Made by a program: the position numbers and the translations under genes. Under the pieces are notes generated by a model. The model was not told where the DNA came from and ran no database searches. It saw only the letters and a list, made by a program, of their open reading frames with translations. Shown piece after piece: positions 62,005 to 64,000 of a stretch of DNA of 64,000 nt; the stretch's first letter is position 1; each line of letters begins with the position of its first letter. Source of the stretch: Euglena gracilis (Eukaryota); assembly GCA_039621445.1 (NCBI GenBank), contig CP154954.1, positions 29,583,411 to 29,647,410 on the forward strand. The letters run 5' to 3'.

Positions 62005-62394
62005 GTATCTCCCAGCCCCGCCCTGTTGGATGCGCGAAGGTTTGGCGGTGTGGTGAGGACAACATGCCATTGTGGCAGCAGTGGCACCCACAGTGCTAAT
62101 GCGACCGCGACCGCATGCTGGGAGAGTGAGGCATCGTGCATCGTTTTCTGGGCGTTCGTCACAGACGTGGTTTTTTGCGCCTCCGGGCGGTAAATGCTGC
62201 TTTTTTTTGCACGGCGGCCGCGGCGGAAAAGGGGTCACCGCGTCCGCGCCCATTTTGCTGCTTTTTTCGCATGCCTGACGGGGCGGAAAAGGGGTCTCCG
62301 TGTCCGCGGTCCTTCACAACAATCAGGTGAAGGCTTTGCAGGCCACCCCCCCCCCCCACCTGTCGTGGGCTCTTTCTCTGCAACGTACCTGCAG

Positions 62395-62535
62395 GTCAAC
62401 CCGGGGGCGATGGCCCAGCGGGTGGCGGACTGCTACGGGCCAGCAGCAGAGCGGTGGGTGCACGACGCCCCCGCCCACATCGTGCCCCAGACGCCCGCCG
62501 ACCTCCAGCGCTACATCCAATTCCTGGGCCTGTGA
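62395..62535 (+). CDS. Serine hydrolase last exon (catalytic His)
   Basis: VNPGAMAQRVADCYG...HDAPAHIVP...FLGL-stop after a CAG. Confidence 0.88.
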   Translation, partial: VNPGAMAQRVADCYGPAAERWVHDAPAHIVPQTPADLQRYIQFLGL

Positions 62536-64000
62536 CGCCCGCCGCGACGTGCTCAACCTCTCAATTGTGCTCTCAACTGCATTGAGTGCAGGTGCACAAA
62601 CGTCCATTTTTCTGGTGTACATTACGCCTATTTGGCCCCCTCGCACAGCACTTTTCTTCTTCTTTCCACACTCTTTTTCTGCTGTCTGTTTGCTTTTATA
62701 ATTTCCTGGAATTTTTTTCAGTCCTCACCTGGATGTGGAACAGGGTTTTTTTTTTTTTAGGCTTGGACCCTCTCCCCTGGGGGGGGGGGGGGGGTGGGTG
62801 GGTTCCTTGGACCCCCCTCCGCGGGGGGGTTGGGGCTGGTGGGTATATCTTTTTTGGCGCCGAAAATTTTGAAAACGGTGCTATTTTTAGCATTTTCGAG
62901 CAAAAGTGGGTGGTCCCCCAGGATCCCCCCCCCTGGGGGGCCCCACCTCTGGGGGTGGGTGGGTGGGTGCCGACCCCCCTTCCCTCCTCCCCCCCCGGGC
63001 GAAAAAAAAAACCCTGCCGTGGAAGCCCTGAGTAGGCTTCTGCTTAAGAAATATTGGTGCCTCCAGGGGGAACTGCAGCTGGCCCAAAGTCAGGGATCTG
63101 TTAGGCGCTGGGGAGAAGTTCTTGACCCCCAACCCAAAATGCCCTAAATGCCCATTTTTGGCTTTTTGGGGGGGGGAGCAACCAACAAAAATCTTTAAAC
63201 GTTTCAGCCCCCCCCCCCCCAACGCAAGGTATTAAAAAAAAGTGGGTATTGACTAGTTTTTGGCTCCAAACCCCCCCACCCAGTGGGCGGTCGGCCAGGA
63301 TTGGCTGAAAGTGACCACCTGGCACCAAAAGGCCAATTTTGGGGGGATTTTCCACCAAAATTCTTTGATTTTTGGCCATTTTTGTCCGACTGGCCAAAGT
63401 GACCAACCTCTCCCCCCCCGCCGGGGGAAGTGGGTGACTGGTTTTCGAAAAGTGACTGACAGGTTTTTGAAAGTGGAAAGTAACCCCCCAGGGGAGGTTG
63501 GTAAGCAGTGGTATGGTTCCGACCTGGGGGGGGGGAGACCCTCCCTCCTCCTCCCCGTTCACTCAATACCCTGCCTCCAAGAGGGAGTTTCTAGCTGGTG
63601 GACTGCCTTCAGCTCAGTCCAGTGGACCCCAGGGGCCTTGGGCAAAGGCCTGGCCCTGAGTAAACCCTTTAGAAGGAGCCGAGACAAGGATTTCAAGTAA
63701 GTTTGAAGGAAGACATCAGCAAGCGTGCATGCACATGGAGCTGCACACATCACCACCAATGGCGAAAGAGGGTTTCACAAAAGAAAGTGCACGGAACCGT
63801 CCCAACAATAAAACAGCAGAACCATTTTGAGTTCAGGAATTTGTGAAAATGAATCATGAAGACCCGATCTCACAACTGAAAGAGAGAATCTTGCGAAGCA
63901 AGGCTTTGGTGCATTGGTGCGAGAGTATATCTGAAGGCAGGGCTGACCCCCCTGGGGCTCCCTGCCTGTCAGGCATAACTGTTTTTGAAGGCGAAAAATT

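Overview
Eukaryotic nuclear DNA, almost certainly from a photosynthetic euglenid. The evidence is the euglenid spliced-leader (SL) sequence, non-conventional CAG...CTG introns and a tripartite plastid presequence. Bases 1 to ~37.5 kb are a nest of transposable elements: a hAT transposase; several CRE-like RT/restriction-like-endonuclease (RLE) non-LTR retrotransposons; a broken, partly inverted Ty3/Gypsy chromodomain element; MITEs; and a poly(A) SINE-like insert. Bases ~41.8-62.5 kb hold two host genes with long introns: mitochondrial ribosomal protein uL29m (MRPL47) and a plastid-targeted FSH1/OVCA2-type serine hydrolase. The most striking system: three divergent RLE retrotransposons each start at a copy of the 26-nt euglenid SL and carry viral-type 2A (StopGo) motifs just ahead of the RT. 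One family is a triple-2A polyprotein (ORF1 / Zn-finger module / Dam-like N6-adenine methyltransferase / RT-RLE), and its last 2A matches T2A over 17 aa. The neighbouring Gypsy element also encodes a Dam-like methyltransferase, between protease and RT. All calls come from reading the sequence by eye; no searches were run.
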